Origin: Nitrospirota bacterium
GTDB lineage: Bacteria; Nitrospirota; Thermodesulfovibrionia; Thermodesulfovibrionales; JdFR-88
DNA: 64,000 bases
Direction: 5' to 3'
Assembly (NCBI GenBank): GCA_021813405.1
Contig: JAKAKS010000008.1
Span: 62,771 to 126,770 of the forward strand
Each line of letters opens with the position of its first letter. Position 1 is the stretch's first letter. This document shows, one piece after another, positions 40,249-49,400 of this stretch. The translations under genes and the position numbers were made by a program. Under the pieces are notes generated by a model. It was not told where the DNA came from, did not search any database, and saw only the letters and a list, made by a program, of their open reading frames with translations.

Positions 40249-41016
40249 ATGGCCCAGGATGTTGCGGCAAGGTTGGATTTAAAGGGGCTTTCCACAGAGG
40301 TCCAGAACAGGGTTTTCCCGCTGTTGGCCGAGGTGCTGGAAGGCGAGGGGGACAACGTACACTCGCTTTATGTGGTCGGCGCGGCGGCATCCGGCGGGCA
40401 TTATGTGGCGGGGGGCGAGATAAACACCCTCATACTTTTAAAAGACCTCGATTTCCAATTTGTTAAAAAACTGGCTCCCAGCGGCAAGGTGCATGGCAAG
40501 AGGCGGCTTGCCCCGCCCATAGTCCTGCCGGACGCATTTGTCAGAGAGTCATCATATGCCTTCCCCGTGGAGTTCCTCAACTACAAATACGCGCACAAGA
40601 CCGTTTACGGCGAAGATATACTGGCCGGGGTGGAGATAGACAACAGGGCCTTGCGGCAGCAGTGCGAAAGAGAGCTTGCAACCAGGCTTATCACTTTGCG
40701 GCAGGAATATCTGTACTCCCGCGGAGAAGCCGGAGCGCTTGGCGGACGCTGCATGGCCTGGAGCAGGCCTTATATGCCGGTGCTGCGGGCCGTCCTTCAC
40801 CTTTTGGGGGCGGACGCGGCAGAGACAGGCGATTACGAGGTGCTTGAAAAAATATCCGCGCTAACCGGGGCGGATTTCATGGTGTTTGCTCATAAGGAAG
40901 AAAAGGAGAAATCGCCTCTTCGCTTCCTGAAGGCAGCCGCACACCACAAGAGTTTTGAAAAAATATACGAGGTTACGGAAAGGCTCAGTCATTTGGTAAA
41001 TGAGATTAAAGTCTAG
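40249..41016 (+). CDS. Hypothetical protein
   Basis: Start trimmed to ATG 40249 (GTG 40240 is also possible), because the upstream part of the ORF is antisense to panB. No family recognised with confidence. Confidence 0.5.
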   Translation: MAQDVAARLDLKGLSTEVQNRVFPLLAEVLEGEGDNVHSLYVVGAAASGGHYVAGGEINTLILLKDLDFQFVKKLAPSGKVHGKRRLAPPIVLPDAFVRESSYAFPVEFLNYKYAHKTVYGEDILAGVEIDNRALRQQCERELATRLITLRQEYLYSRGEAGALGGRCMAWSRPYMPVLRAVLHLLGADAAETGDYEVLEKISALTGADFMVFAHKEEKEKSPLRFLKAAAHHKSFEKIYEVTERLSHLVNEIKV

Positions 41017-41803
41017 GTTTTTTATTTTCGCTTTCGCATTTCTCTTCCTTGCAGCAGCTCCGATTGTTGCCGCAGGTGACACATCCGGTCCATCATCTTC
41101 TCAATCCGCGCAACAGACCGTTCTTCCCGCAAACCCTTCCGATTACGTTATGGACCTTGCGGGGATAATAGATGCGAACACAGCCTCGCGCATAGACGCG
41201 CTGTTAAAGGAGCTTGAGGAAAAGACCGGCGCGCAGGTTGTGGTCCTCACCGTCCCAAGCCTTAATGGGCAGGACATTGAGCAATTCTCGGTTGATACCG
41301 GCCAGAAATGGGGGCTTGGACAAAAGGGCAAGGATAACGGTTTCCTTTTTGTTGTGGCCCCAAATGAAAGAAAATACTGGTTTTCAACCGGGTACGGGCT
41401 TGAAGGCACTCTTCCGGACAGCTATCTTGGCACCCTTGGCAGACAGGTTTTGGTGCCCGCATTCAAGGCCGGCCAGTATTCGCAAGGCATAGAACAGGCC
41501 GTTGGAGTGGTCGCGCAGCGGATAGCAAGCCGGAAGGGCATAACCCTTACAGGCGTGCCGCAGCCTCAGCAGATGGAGCGCCAAAGGGCCTCTTTTGTCC
41601 CGCTCATATTCGGGGGCCTGTTCTTTCTGCTTATCATTATATCGGCATTCAGGGGCGGCCTGCCCCTCATCCTTTACCCGTTGCTCTTCGGAGGCGGCGG
41701 ATGGGGCGGAGGCGGCGGGTTTGGCGGCGGTTTCGGGGGCGGAGGCTTTGGCGGAGGCGGCGGAGGCAGTTTTGGCGGAGGCGGAGCGGGCGGAAGCTGG
41801 TAA
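41000..41803 (+). CDS. TPM-domain protein (YgcG-like) with TM and poly-Gly tail
   Basis: 267 aa. Signal peptide, TPM pattern (AQVVVLTVPSL...GFLFVVAPNERKYWFSTGYGLEG), C-terminal GGGGWGGGGGFGGG... Confidence 0.85.
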   Translation: MRLKSRFFIFAFAFLFLAAAPIVAAGDTSGPSSSQSAQQTVLPANPSDYVMDLAGIIDANTASRIDALLKELEEKTGAQVVVLTVPSLNGQDIEQFSVDTGQKWGLGQKGKDNGFLFVVAPNERKYWFSTGYGLEGTLPDSYLGTLGRQVLVPAFKAGQYSQGIEQAVGVVAQRIASRKGITLTGVPQPQQMERQRASFVPLIFGGLFFLLIIISAFRGGLPLILYPLLFGGGGWGGGGGFGGGFGGGGFGGGGGGSFGGGGAGGSW

Positions 41804-41851
41804 GCTTGCCTGGCCATTTCAGAATTTAATATTATCAAGAAGGAGAGCGCA

Positions 41852-42415
41852 TTGAAAACCGGAGCGAAGGTAACGATAATAGTCCTGATAATTGCAACCT
41901 TACTCGCCATGTCCGCGGTTTCAGGGTACAACAAGGTTATTTCAATGAACGAGAATGTAAAAAGCCAGTGGGCGCAGGTTGAAAACCAGTTGAAGCGCCG
42001 GTATGACCTTATCCCCAACCTTGTGGCCACCGTAAAAGGCTATGCCGCTCATGAAAAAGGCGTGTTCGACGACATCGCCAACGCAAGGACAAAATATTTT
42101 CAGGCAAACGGGGTTAAGGACAAGATAGACGCTTCAAACCAACTGGAGGGGGCTCTTTCCCGCCTGCTGATGCTCAAAGAGGCATATCCGCAGCTTAAGG
42201 CAAACGAGAACTTCCTTAAGCTCCAGGACAGCCTGGAAGGCACGGAAAACAGGATTGCGGTGGAGCGCATGAGGTATAACGTTGACGCAAAGGCCCTCAA
42301 TGCATACATAAAAGGCATACCTGGCAGGTTTTATGCTGCCATGGCGGGAGTTTCCCCGGCCCAGTATTACGAAGCTCCGCAGCAGGAGCAGGAAGCACCG
42401 CAAGTAAAATTTTAG
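41852..42415 (+). CDS. lemA: LemA family protein
   Basis: 187 aa, TTG start behind AAGGAGAG. N-terminal TM and the QWAQVENQLKRRYDLIPNLV motif. Confidence 0.9.
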   Translation: MKTGAKVTIIVLIIATLLAMSAVSGYNKVISMNENVKSQWAQVENQLKRRYDLIPNLVATVKGYAAHEKGVFDDIANARTKYFQANGVKDKIDASNQLEGALSRLLMLKEAYPQLKANENFLKLQDSLEGTENRIAVERMRYNVDAKALNAYIKGIPGRFYAAMAGVSPAQYYEAPQQEQEAPQVKF

Positions 42416-42496
42416 TGCTGCCTGGGCGGCAGATGTCCGGATTATCCGTGCCACGCAGCCGGGGATTTGATATAATCTTCTGCGGATAACACGTTC

Positions 42497-43843
42497 ATGA
42501 CCACATTCGCCCATATCTACGAACGCATAGAGAGCAAGAAGGCCGATTACGCAAGCTACAACTTCTCCCACAAAGAGAATAACGCGCTTAAGACCTTCTT
42601 CGACCTGGCTCAGGAGTTCGATGACCTTACGGACTTCTACAAGCTCTGCGTTGCCATCCCGAAGGCATTCTTCGACCTCGATGCCAGGCTGTACATGCTG
42701 GGCGCGAGGGAGGGCATGCTGGTACTGGCGGCCCAGACTGAAAGCGGAGCATTGCCGCTGCGCACCCCGCTACCCGAAGATATAAAACCCGCAAGCCAGC
42801 CCTACTACACGGAAAAAGGCGGCCTTGTGCTTACTATTCATGGCAAGGAGATTTTAAGCGCGCAGCTTCCGTTCAAGGCGGAGGACAACGTGCTTGGGAT
42901 ACTGGAGGTCTATCCCACCTGGAATTTATCGGACCACCAGGCGCTTTTCTTCCAGAAATACGCAAACCGCGTAGGGTTCAACCTGCACAATAGGTTCATC
43001 ACCCAGAAAAATATAGAACACCTGAGGTTCATAAGAGGGCTTGTCTCGGACATCGAGCACAATATAATTGTGCCCAATATGGTTTATAAACTGTTCCTTA
43101 GAAATCTCAAGGCCAAGATATCCGACAGCCTGAAGCTTGAGGAAATGATAAAAGAATGCCTGGCCAGCGGGCAGTGCCAGGCCCCTACCATGTCAGAGTT
43201 CCTGGCGGCGATATCGGAGGTAAACCGCGGTATTTCTGCCGAGTTTGAAAATATAGAGAAGCACTACACCAATATGACACTGTTCCTGGAGACCCTGTTC
43301 AGGCGAAGCCATTTCGACAAGGGCAGGCTTACGCTGCGGACGAAGGCATGCAACATGAAGAAGGACATTGTGGCCCCCCAGCTGGAAAGATATGCGGGCA
43401 GGTTCAGGGACACGGGCATAGAGATAGACGACCGGCTAAGCGGCATTCCGGACGAAGAGATAATAACGGTTGTGGACCTTGGGCTGATGGCCCAGGTGTA
43501 CGCCAACCTGTTTTCAAACGCCCTCAAATTCACCAGGGAGATCACGGACGATTACGGACACACAAGGAAATACATATCTTATGGCCATGAAGTATTCAAG
43601 GACTACTTCGGCCCTGGCAAGGACGGAATAAAATACAACGTCTTTAATACCGGGCCGCATATTCCCGAAGGTGAAAGGGGCAAGCTGTTTGAGGATGGCT
43701 ACCGCGGGTCCAATGCGCCGGACATCCCGGGGACAGGGCACGGGCTTGCCTTTTTCAAGAACGTTATAGAGCTGCACGGCGGGGTGGCGGGCTACGAGGC
43801 CACCAAAAACGGTAACAATTTCTATTTCATCCTGCCCAGATAA
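42497..43843 (+). CDS. Histidine-kinase-like ATPase (GHKL) protein with an atypical phospho-acceptor region
   Basis: 448 aa. N box YANLFSNALKFT and G2 box GTGHGLAFFKNVIELHGG. No canonical HisKA H-box seen (only SDIEHNI). Confidence 0.7.
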   Translation: MTTFAHIYERIESKKADYASYNFSHKENNALKTFFDLAQEFDDLTDFYKLCVAIPKAFFDLDARLYMLGAREGMLVLAAQTESGALPLRTPLPEDIKPASQPYYTEKGGLVLTIHGKEILSAQLPFKAEDNVLGILEVYPTWNLSDHQALFFQKYANRVGFNLHNRFITQKNIEHLRFIRGLVSDIEHNIIVPNMVYKLFLRNLKAKISDSLKLEEMIKECLASGQCQAPTMSEFLAAISEVNRGISAEFENIEKHYTNMTLFLETLFRRSHFDKGRLTLRTKACNMKKDIVAPQLERYAGRFRDTGIEIDDRLSGIPDEEIITVVDLGLMAQVYANLFSNALKFTREITDDYGHTRKYISYGHEVFKDYFGPGKDGIKYNVFNTGPHIPEGERGKLFEDGYRGSNAPDIPGTGHGLAFFKNVIELHGGVAGYEATKNGNNFYFILPR

Positions 43844-43870
43844 AAACTTTTGATTTGAAAGGACAACTGA

Positions 43871-46861
43871 ATGCGCGCAATTGTCGTCTTCACGATAGCC
43901 TTTCTGTCAGTTGCGGGGCTTGCAATGGCCAGCGATATTAAAACGGGGGCGGGTGTTGCTGAAAAAATCCCGGCATGTTCAATAAATGTGTCATTTGACC
44001 TTAACGGGGCATCTCTTTCCGGCACGGAAGCCATAGACCTCCCGGAAGGCCAGTATAAAATATACACCGGCGGTCTGAAGATAACATCCACATCCATGAC
44101 AACGGCCCAGGTTTCTCCGGTGCTCAGGAAGGACCATATCGAGGCCTACGGCCCAGGCACGCTAAACATCTCCTTCCAGGGCAGGTTCACGGGGGCAGGG
44201 GAGGCGTTGCCGGCCGAAGTCCCAGGCGGCGGGGTTATCAACAATGATGGCGTGGAGCTTACCGGCCTGTGGTATCCGCAGATGGACGGTCTGGCAACAT
44301 ATGAAATGAAGGCGCTGGTGCCGCATGAATTTTCAGCCATATCGGAGTCCGACGAAATACAGTACACGGACACGGCAAGCGGCAGGCTGTACTCGTTCAG
44401 GTTCGCGCACCCGGTTGGCGGGATAAGCCTGGTTGCCGCAAAATACCAGGAGCTCTCCACAAATGTTGACGGCATCACCGTGTACACGTATTTTTTTCCA
44501 GCCGATGAGGACCTGGCCCAGACGTATCTTGATTACGCAAAAAAATATTTCAGCATGTACAACCGCCTTTTCGTCCACTACCCGTATAAAAGGTTTTCCG
44601 TTGTGGAAGGGGCGATGCCAACGGGCCTGTCCATGCCCACGTTCACGCTTCTGGGCAGGGATGTGGTCCGCCTTCCGTTCATACCCGGCACATCCCTTGG
44701 CCACGAGATCGTCCATCAATGGTTCGGCAATTACGTCTACTGCAACACTTCGGAGGGCAACTGGCTGGAGGCCATAACCAGCTACCTTGCAGACCATCAT
44801 CTGGCGGAACTGGAAGGCAAAGGCTGGCAATACAGAAAAAAGATAATGACCGATTACGCCAGCTATGTAAATCCTTCAAACGAGATTACCATTGCGCAAT
44901 TCCGGGAGCGCACCAGCCCGGCCACCATGGCCATAGGTTACGGCAAGGGCGCCATGATGTTCCACATGCTAAGGAAGATGAAAGGGGACAAGGATTTCTA
45001 CGCGGCGGTGCGGAAGCTGATAACGGACAACGAATTCAGATACGCGTCATGGGATGACGTGAAAAAGGCTTTCCAGTCGGTTTACAAGGAGGACCTGGGG
45101 TGGTTTTTTGACCAGTGGCTGTACCGCAAGGGAGTGCCCGGCTTTGCCGTGATGGACGGCACACCTCTTGTACTGCACGGCAAGCCAGTTGCCTCGTTCT
45201 ATATCGACCAGGGTGAAAAGCCTTACAGGCTTTCGCTGCCTGCCACTATTGTTACGGATAAAGGCACGGAAAACACCATGCTTCAGATTGCGGCCCCCAA
45301 GCAGTCCTTCCAGCTTAATGCGGCCGCTACGCCGCAGTCCGTTATTTTTGATGAAAACTATGACGTCATGCGCACACTGGCCCCGGATGAATTACCGCCT
45401 CTTATATCCAGGCTGATGGGGGCCAAAAAGAAAATACTTGTATACCCGGCTGATAAAAAAGAGCAATCCAAATACAATGACTTCATTAAATACTTCACCG
45501 GGATGGGATTTGCTTCCAAAAGCGAGGAACAACTGACGGACAACGAGATAAGGGAGAACACGCTCCTGGTGCTTGGAAACGGGACTGCGGTTGAGAAAAG
45601 GCTCTTTGGCAGGGCGGAAGGCCGCGGGCCGGGGTTCGTTATCGACGTGCGGATAAACCCCATTGCTACCTCCAGGGTGGTGGCATTTGCCAATGCCAGC
45701 TCGGCCGATGATGCAAGGCTTGCCGCTCCAAAGATACAGCATTACGGCCAGTATTCCTGGCTGAGGTTCGAAGGCGGCATTATAAGGGAAAAGAAAGCAG
45801 CCGTTTCCAAACGGGGCCAACCGCTGGACCTTTCAGAGGAGATACAGGCGGTAGAGCCGGCCAGATCATTGGGCCTTAACCAGGTAATCAAAAAAGTTAG
45901 CGGCTTCCCCGTGATATTCATTGGCGAGCGGCATACAAATTACGAGGACCACAAGGTGGAACTGGATGTAATAAGGGCCCTCCACCGTGAAGGCAAAAAG
46001 ATCGCAATCGGCATGGAGATGTTCCAGGTGCCATATCAGTTTGCGCTGGACGATTATATAGCCGGCAAGATAGACGAGCGGCAGTTCCTGAAGAAAAGCC
46101 AGTATTTCTCCAGGTGGGGGTTCGACTATAACCAGTACCGTGAAATAATAGAGTACGCCAAAGCCAATCACATCCCCATAGTAGCGCTTAATATAAGGGC
46201 CGGGATAGTGGACAAGGTGTCCCGCGGAGGACTGGACTCGCTTACCCCCAAAGAGAAAAAGGCCATACCGGCGGATATGGACATGTCCAACTCCGCATAC
46301 CGCAAACGGCTTGAGGACGTGTTCTACAGCCACCCGGGGAAGCTGAATTTCCATGATTTCTACCAGGCCCAGATCATATGGGACGAGACTATGGCCCACT
46401 CGGCGGCGGCATATATGGCGAAAAACCCCGGCGTCCAGATGATTATACTTGCCGGGGCGGAGCATGTCATGTACTCCGATGGCATACCGGACAGGCTGAA
46501 AAGGCGCACGGGTAAGGACTATTGCACCATCATAAACGGTGAATATGACAAGGGAGTGGGCAATTACGTTGTTTTCGCCGCCCCGATGGAGGCGCCGGAG
46601 GCCCCGAAGCTGGGCATATACACGGAAGAAAAGGATGGGGGGCTTTTTGTCAAATCGGTCCTGCCGGACAGCCCGGCTTACAGGGCAGGCATAAAAGAAT
46701 CAGACCGGATAACCGAAGTGGACGGCTGGGAGGTTTCCGGCCTGAATGACGTAAAGATAGCCATGTTCGACAAACTGCCCGGCCAGGTGGTTAGGGTGCG
46801 TGTGGTCCGCAGGAAATTCCTTTTTGGCCAGAGTACGCTGGACCTTTACGTGACGCTTTAA
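43871..46861 (+). CDS. Secreted fusion protein: M1-family zinc aminopeptidase domain + ChaN/Tiki-type domain + PDZ
   Basis: 996 aa. HEIVHQWFGN...NWLEAITSY (HEXXH-E). FIGERHTNYEDHKVELDVIRALH...IVALN (ChaN-like). C-terminal PDZ (GLFVKSVLPDSPAYRAGIKESDRITEVDG). Confidence 0.8.
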   Translation: MRAIVVFTIAFLSVAGLAMASDIKTGAGVAEKIPACSINVSFDLNGASLSGTEAIDLPEGQYKIYTGGLKITSTSMTTAQVSPVLRKDHIEAYGPGTLNISFQGRFTGAGEALPAEVPGGGVINNDGVELTGLWYPQMDGLATYEMKALVPHEFSAISESDEIQYTDTASGRLYSFRFAHPVGGISLVAAKYQELSTNVDGITVYTYFFPADEDLAQTYLDYAKKYFSMYNRLFVHYPYKRFSVVEGAMPTGLSMPTFTLLGRDVVRLPFIPGTSLGHEIVHQWFGNYVYCNTSEGNWLEAITSYLADHHLAELEGKGWQYRKKIMTDYASYVNPSNEITIAQFRERTSPATMAIGYGKGAMMFHMLRKMKGDKDFYAAVRKLITDNEFRYASWDDVKKAFQSVYKEDLGWFFDQWLYRKGVPGFAVMDGTPLVLHGKPVASFYIDQGEKPYRLSLPATIVTDKGTENTMLQIAAPKQSFQLNAAATPQSVIFDENYDVMRTLAPDELPPLISRLMGAKKKILVYPADKKEQSKYNDFIKYFTGMGFASKSEEQLTDNEIRENTLLVLGNGTAVEKRLFGRAEGRGPGFVIDVRINPIATSRVVAFANASSADDARLAAPKIQHYGQYSWLRFEGGIIREKKAAVSKRGQPLDLSEEIQAVEPARSLGLNQVIKKVSGFPVIFIGERHTNYEDHKVELDVIRALHREGKKIAIGMEMFQVPYQFALDDYIAGKIDERQFLKKSQYFSRWGFDYNQYREIIEYAKANHIPIVALNIRAGIVDKVSRGGLDSLTPKEKKAIPADMDMSNSAYRKRLEDVFYSHPGKLNFHDFYQAQIIWDETMAHSAAAYMAKNPGVQMIILAGAEHVMYSDGIPDRLKRRTGKDYCTIINGEYDKGVGNYVVFAAPMEAPEAPKLGIYTEEKDGGLFVKSVLPDSPAYRAGIKESDRITEVDGWEVSGLNDVKIAMFDKLPGQVVRVRVVRRKFLFGQSTLDLYVTL

Positions 46862-46876
46862 AAAACGGCACCATTA

Positions 46877-46973
46877 CAGATTTATAATTCCTTCGGGGCA
46901 GTTCTTTGCTTTTAAAGCCAGTCACCCGGCGGAGGCCGGGGACGTGGCTTTTGTTGTTCCATCCATTGGTTCC
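46877..46973 (-). repeat. Partial, diverged R2 element (direct-repeat and tail modules) in minus orientation
   Basis: The minus strand reads GGAACCAATGGATGGAACAACAAAAGCC...CCCCGAAGGAATTATAAATCTG (compare ATGGAACAAATGGAACAAAAATTTGGCC...CCCGAAATTGCCGGAACATATAAAAAG at 4483-4564). Confidence 0.35.
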
Positions 46974-47041
46974 CAAATGCATTCAAAGGTAACAGGCTGT
47001 TTCTGAAAGTTACAAGCCTTTTTGCATCCTGGGCCTGCCTG

Positions 47042-47075
47042 TCCGCCGGATTTGCCTCTGGGCGGGTTTTTTTTC
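47042..47075 (+). terminator. Weak terminator-like hairpin plus T run
   Basis: CCGCC-N13-GGCGG followed by GTTTTTTTT. Short stem. Confidence 0.35.
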
Positions 47076-47190
47076 TATTTATTGCGCCATGGGCATAATT
47101 GTTGCTTTTTGGAAAGTAAGTTGATCCTTTTTGCGCGTCCAGGAGTATTGCAGGGGGTGGAAATTTTTCCAGCATACCGGAGGTGGTGAG

Positions 47191-48042
47191 ATGGAAACCG
47201 AGGGCCTTTTGGATTCCCCTTTTTTCATGAATTCAAAGTCCGTTGCCTGCCGGGGTGAGGTGGTGGCCGGGGCCGGGCGCGAGGAGCTGGAATTCTGGAA
47301 AAGCCTGATTCTGAAAGACGAGCTGGTGGATGTCTGCCAGCTTAAGGATTTGCCTGCCTCAATCACAGGCAAGCGCAAAGTTGATGCGGCGGTGCTGGAC
47401 TGCGGCCCGGACGCCCCGGCGGGGCTGAAGATGCTGGCCGAAATAAAGGCGGCGCGCCCGGAGGTCCCGGTGATATTCATATCGCCCGACGGGTCCCCGG
47501 AAACCACGCTGAAGGCGTTAAAGGCCGGGGCAAGGCTGAGCTTTACAAGGCCTGTTGACGTGCTTTCCATGAAGGACGTGCTAAAGGAGTTTCTGAAGGC
47601 AAAAAGGGCCACAAGGGAGGTAAGGAGAAGATTCATACCTGCGGAACAGGATGCCGCAGGCCCCCTGGCGGCCACCAGCGAAAAACCAGCCGCGCTCCTG
47701 AGGGTTATGCAATACGTTGACGAGAACATATCCGAGAAGATCAGCCTTGACACTCTTGCCGGCGTTGCCAACATGAGCAAATACCATTTTTGCCGCTTCT
47801 TTCTGAGGCATGCCGGGATGAGCCCTATAAGGTACGTGGTGCGCATGCGCATAGAAAAGGCAAAGGCCATCCTGAAGGCAAGCGGCAGGACGGTCTCCTC
47901 CGTTGCCGACCAGACCGGTTTCAACGACCTTGGCACCTTTATAAGGCAGTTTAAAAACGCCACCGGGCTTACCCCGTCTGCGTACCAGGGCGGCAGCATA
48001 TCCGCAATGCCCATTGTACATGGGCAGGATTTAGTGGATTAG
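47191..48042 (+). CDS. Receiver-like domain / AraC-family HTH regulator
   Basis: Start at METEGL behind GGAGGTGG. REC-like VDAAVLDCG...VIFIS. C-terminal AraC HTH (KYHFCRFFLRHAGMSPIRYVVRMRIEKAKAIL). Confidence 0.75.
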   Translation: METEGLLDSPFFMNSKSVACRGEVVAGAGREELEFWKSLILKDELVDVCQLKDLPASITGKRKVDAAVLDCGPDAPAGLKMLAEIKAARPEVPVIFISPDGSPETTLKALKAGARLSFTRPVDVLSMKDVLKEFLKAKRATREVRRRFIPAEQDAAGPLAATSEKPAALLRVMQYVDENISEKISLDTLAGVANMSKYHFCRFFLRHAGMSPIRYVVRMRIEKAKAILKASGRTVSSVADQTGFNDLGTFIRQFKNATGLTPSAYQGGSISAMPIVHGQDLVD

Positions 48043-48083
48043 GGGCGCCACACCGGAGCGGTGTTCACGGCGAGGTGCAGGCA

Positions 48084-49364
48084 ATGAGACCGCGGCGGAT
48101 TTTAAAAAAAGGCCTGGCAGTCTTATATGCTGCTGTAATGCTTGTATCCTTTTGCGGGCTTGCCCCCCTGGCCGTTGTCGCCGGGCATCTGATGGCAGTC
48201 CGAAACCAGTTGCAGAGGGCGGCAAATGCGGCGGCGCTGGCCGGGGCCAACCAGCTTTATATTCAAAACGCGACAGGGGTTAACCCCGGCGCCAACCATG
48301 CGGCATATAGCGTGGCCACCTCCAGCTATGCGGAGGCATGCCCCATTGAGGTGGACAGGCCCGATTCCAACGATGCCGGAGTGCAGCGCGGCCACTGGAG
48401 TTTTGCCACTCGCACGTTTACCAGGAGCGACGCCGGGAGCATCCTCCCGGCCCTTTATGCAACCGATTCAAATCTGGAATTTATCAATGCCGTAAAGGTA
48501 GTTACCCGGCGCGGCGCGGCTGCGGGAAGGTCTTTTTTTGAAAAAATAGTAAGCGGTATGGGGTTTGGCCTAAGCGCGGAGGCGGTGGCCTGCGTGGGTT
48601 TCGCGGGTACACTGCTTCCGGGCCAGGCCACGGCCCCGCTTGCGGTATGCAAGCAGAGTATCACGGATTCCGGCGGTAATTATTCATGCGAAACAGGCAG
48701 GTTCATAAACAGCGGCACAAAAAACTCCGGCACAAAAAACCTCACCGGGTACTGGACGGATGAAAGCAACGCAAGCGGTTCCGGATGCTCCGGCATTGCC
48801 GGGACGGACAATAACGGTGTAAGCAGCATAATCCAGATTTCGGGCGAAAGCTGCAATGCCTCCAATACGAATGTCATATACATGAACAACTGGCTGAGCA
48901 CCAGCAGCGGGCCGATGCAAAACGCGTTCAGCAGCTTCCGGCAGTGCTGGATAGATTCGGCCGGCAGCGGCCAGATATGCAACAGCAGCGCCGTTGCAGG
49001 CTGTCCGGACCGGCCATGGCTGCTCACTGTTCCCGTGCTGGACTGCGCAAACGGAAGCCCAACGTGCAACCGGGTTATAGGGGCGGCGGATGTGGACGTG
49101 TTATGGATTACGGGGGATATCCCGGATTATACGGAAGCTCCAAGGGAAATAGGCAACTGGAAATGCCCGGAGCAATTCACCGGGCAGCAGTGCTGGAAAA
49201 ATTTTGTTGCGGCCTTCAACCTGCAAAACCCGGACGGCACGCCTGCCGCCTACCTGCCCAGGTCCATTTATATAATCCCCGATTGCAGCAAACACGCCCC
49301 CACAGGCGAGACTGGCGGAGGCCCTTTCGGCGTGACCGCGGGCATTCCGGAACTGGTGCGGTAG
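48084..49364 (+). CDS. TadG/TadE-like (Flp pilus assembly-type N-terminus) secreted Cys-rich protein
   Basis: N-terminal GLAVLYAAVMLVSFCGLAPLAVVAGHLMAVRNQLQRAANAAALAGA fits the TadE/G-like pattern. No other tad/flp genes are nearby. Confidence 0.6.
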   Translation: MRPRRILKKGLAVLYAAVMLVSFCGLAPLAVVAGHLMAVRNQLQRAANAAALAGANQLYIQNATGVNPGANHAAYSVATSSYAEACPIEVDRPDSNDAGVQRGHWSFATRTFTRSDAGSILPALYATDSNLEFINAVKVVTRRGAAAGRSFFEKIVSGMGFGLSAEAVACVGFAGTLLPGQATAPLAVCKQSITDSGGNYSCETGRFINSGTKNSGTKNLTGYWTDESNASGSGCSGIAGTDNNGVSSIIQISGESCNASNTNVIYMNNWLSTSSGPMQNAFSSFRQCWIDSAGSGQICNSSAVAGCPDRPWLLTVPVLDCANGSPTCNRVIGAADVDVLWITGDIPDYTEAPREIGNWKCPEQFTGQQCWKNFVAAFNLQNPDGTPAAYLPRSIYIIPDCSKHAPTGETGGGPFGVTAGIPELVR

Positions 49365-49400
49365 AACAAATGTGAAAAAAAAAGCGCGGATGCAGCCCTT

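Noticed and set aside
41690-41800. A GGC-rich tandem-repeat-like DNA stretch.
   Set aside because: It encodes the poly-Gly C-terminal tail that is common in YgcG/TPM-domain proteins. It is coding low complexity, not an independent repeat element.
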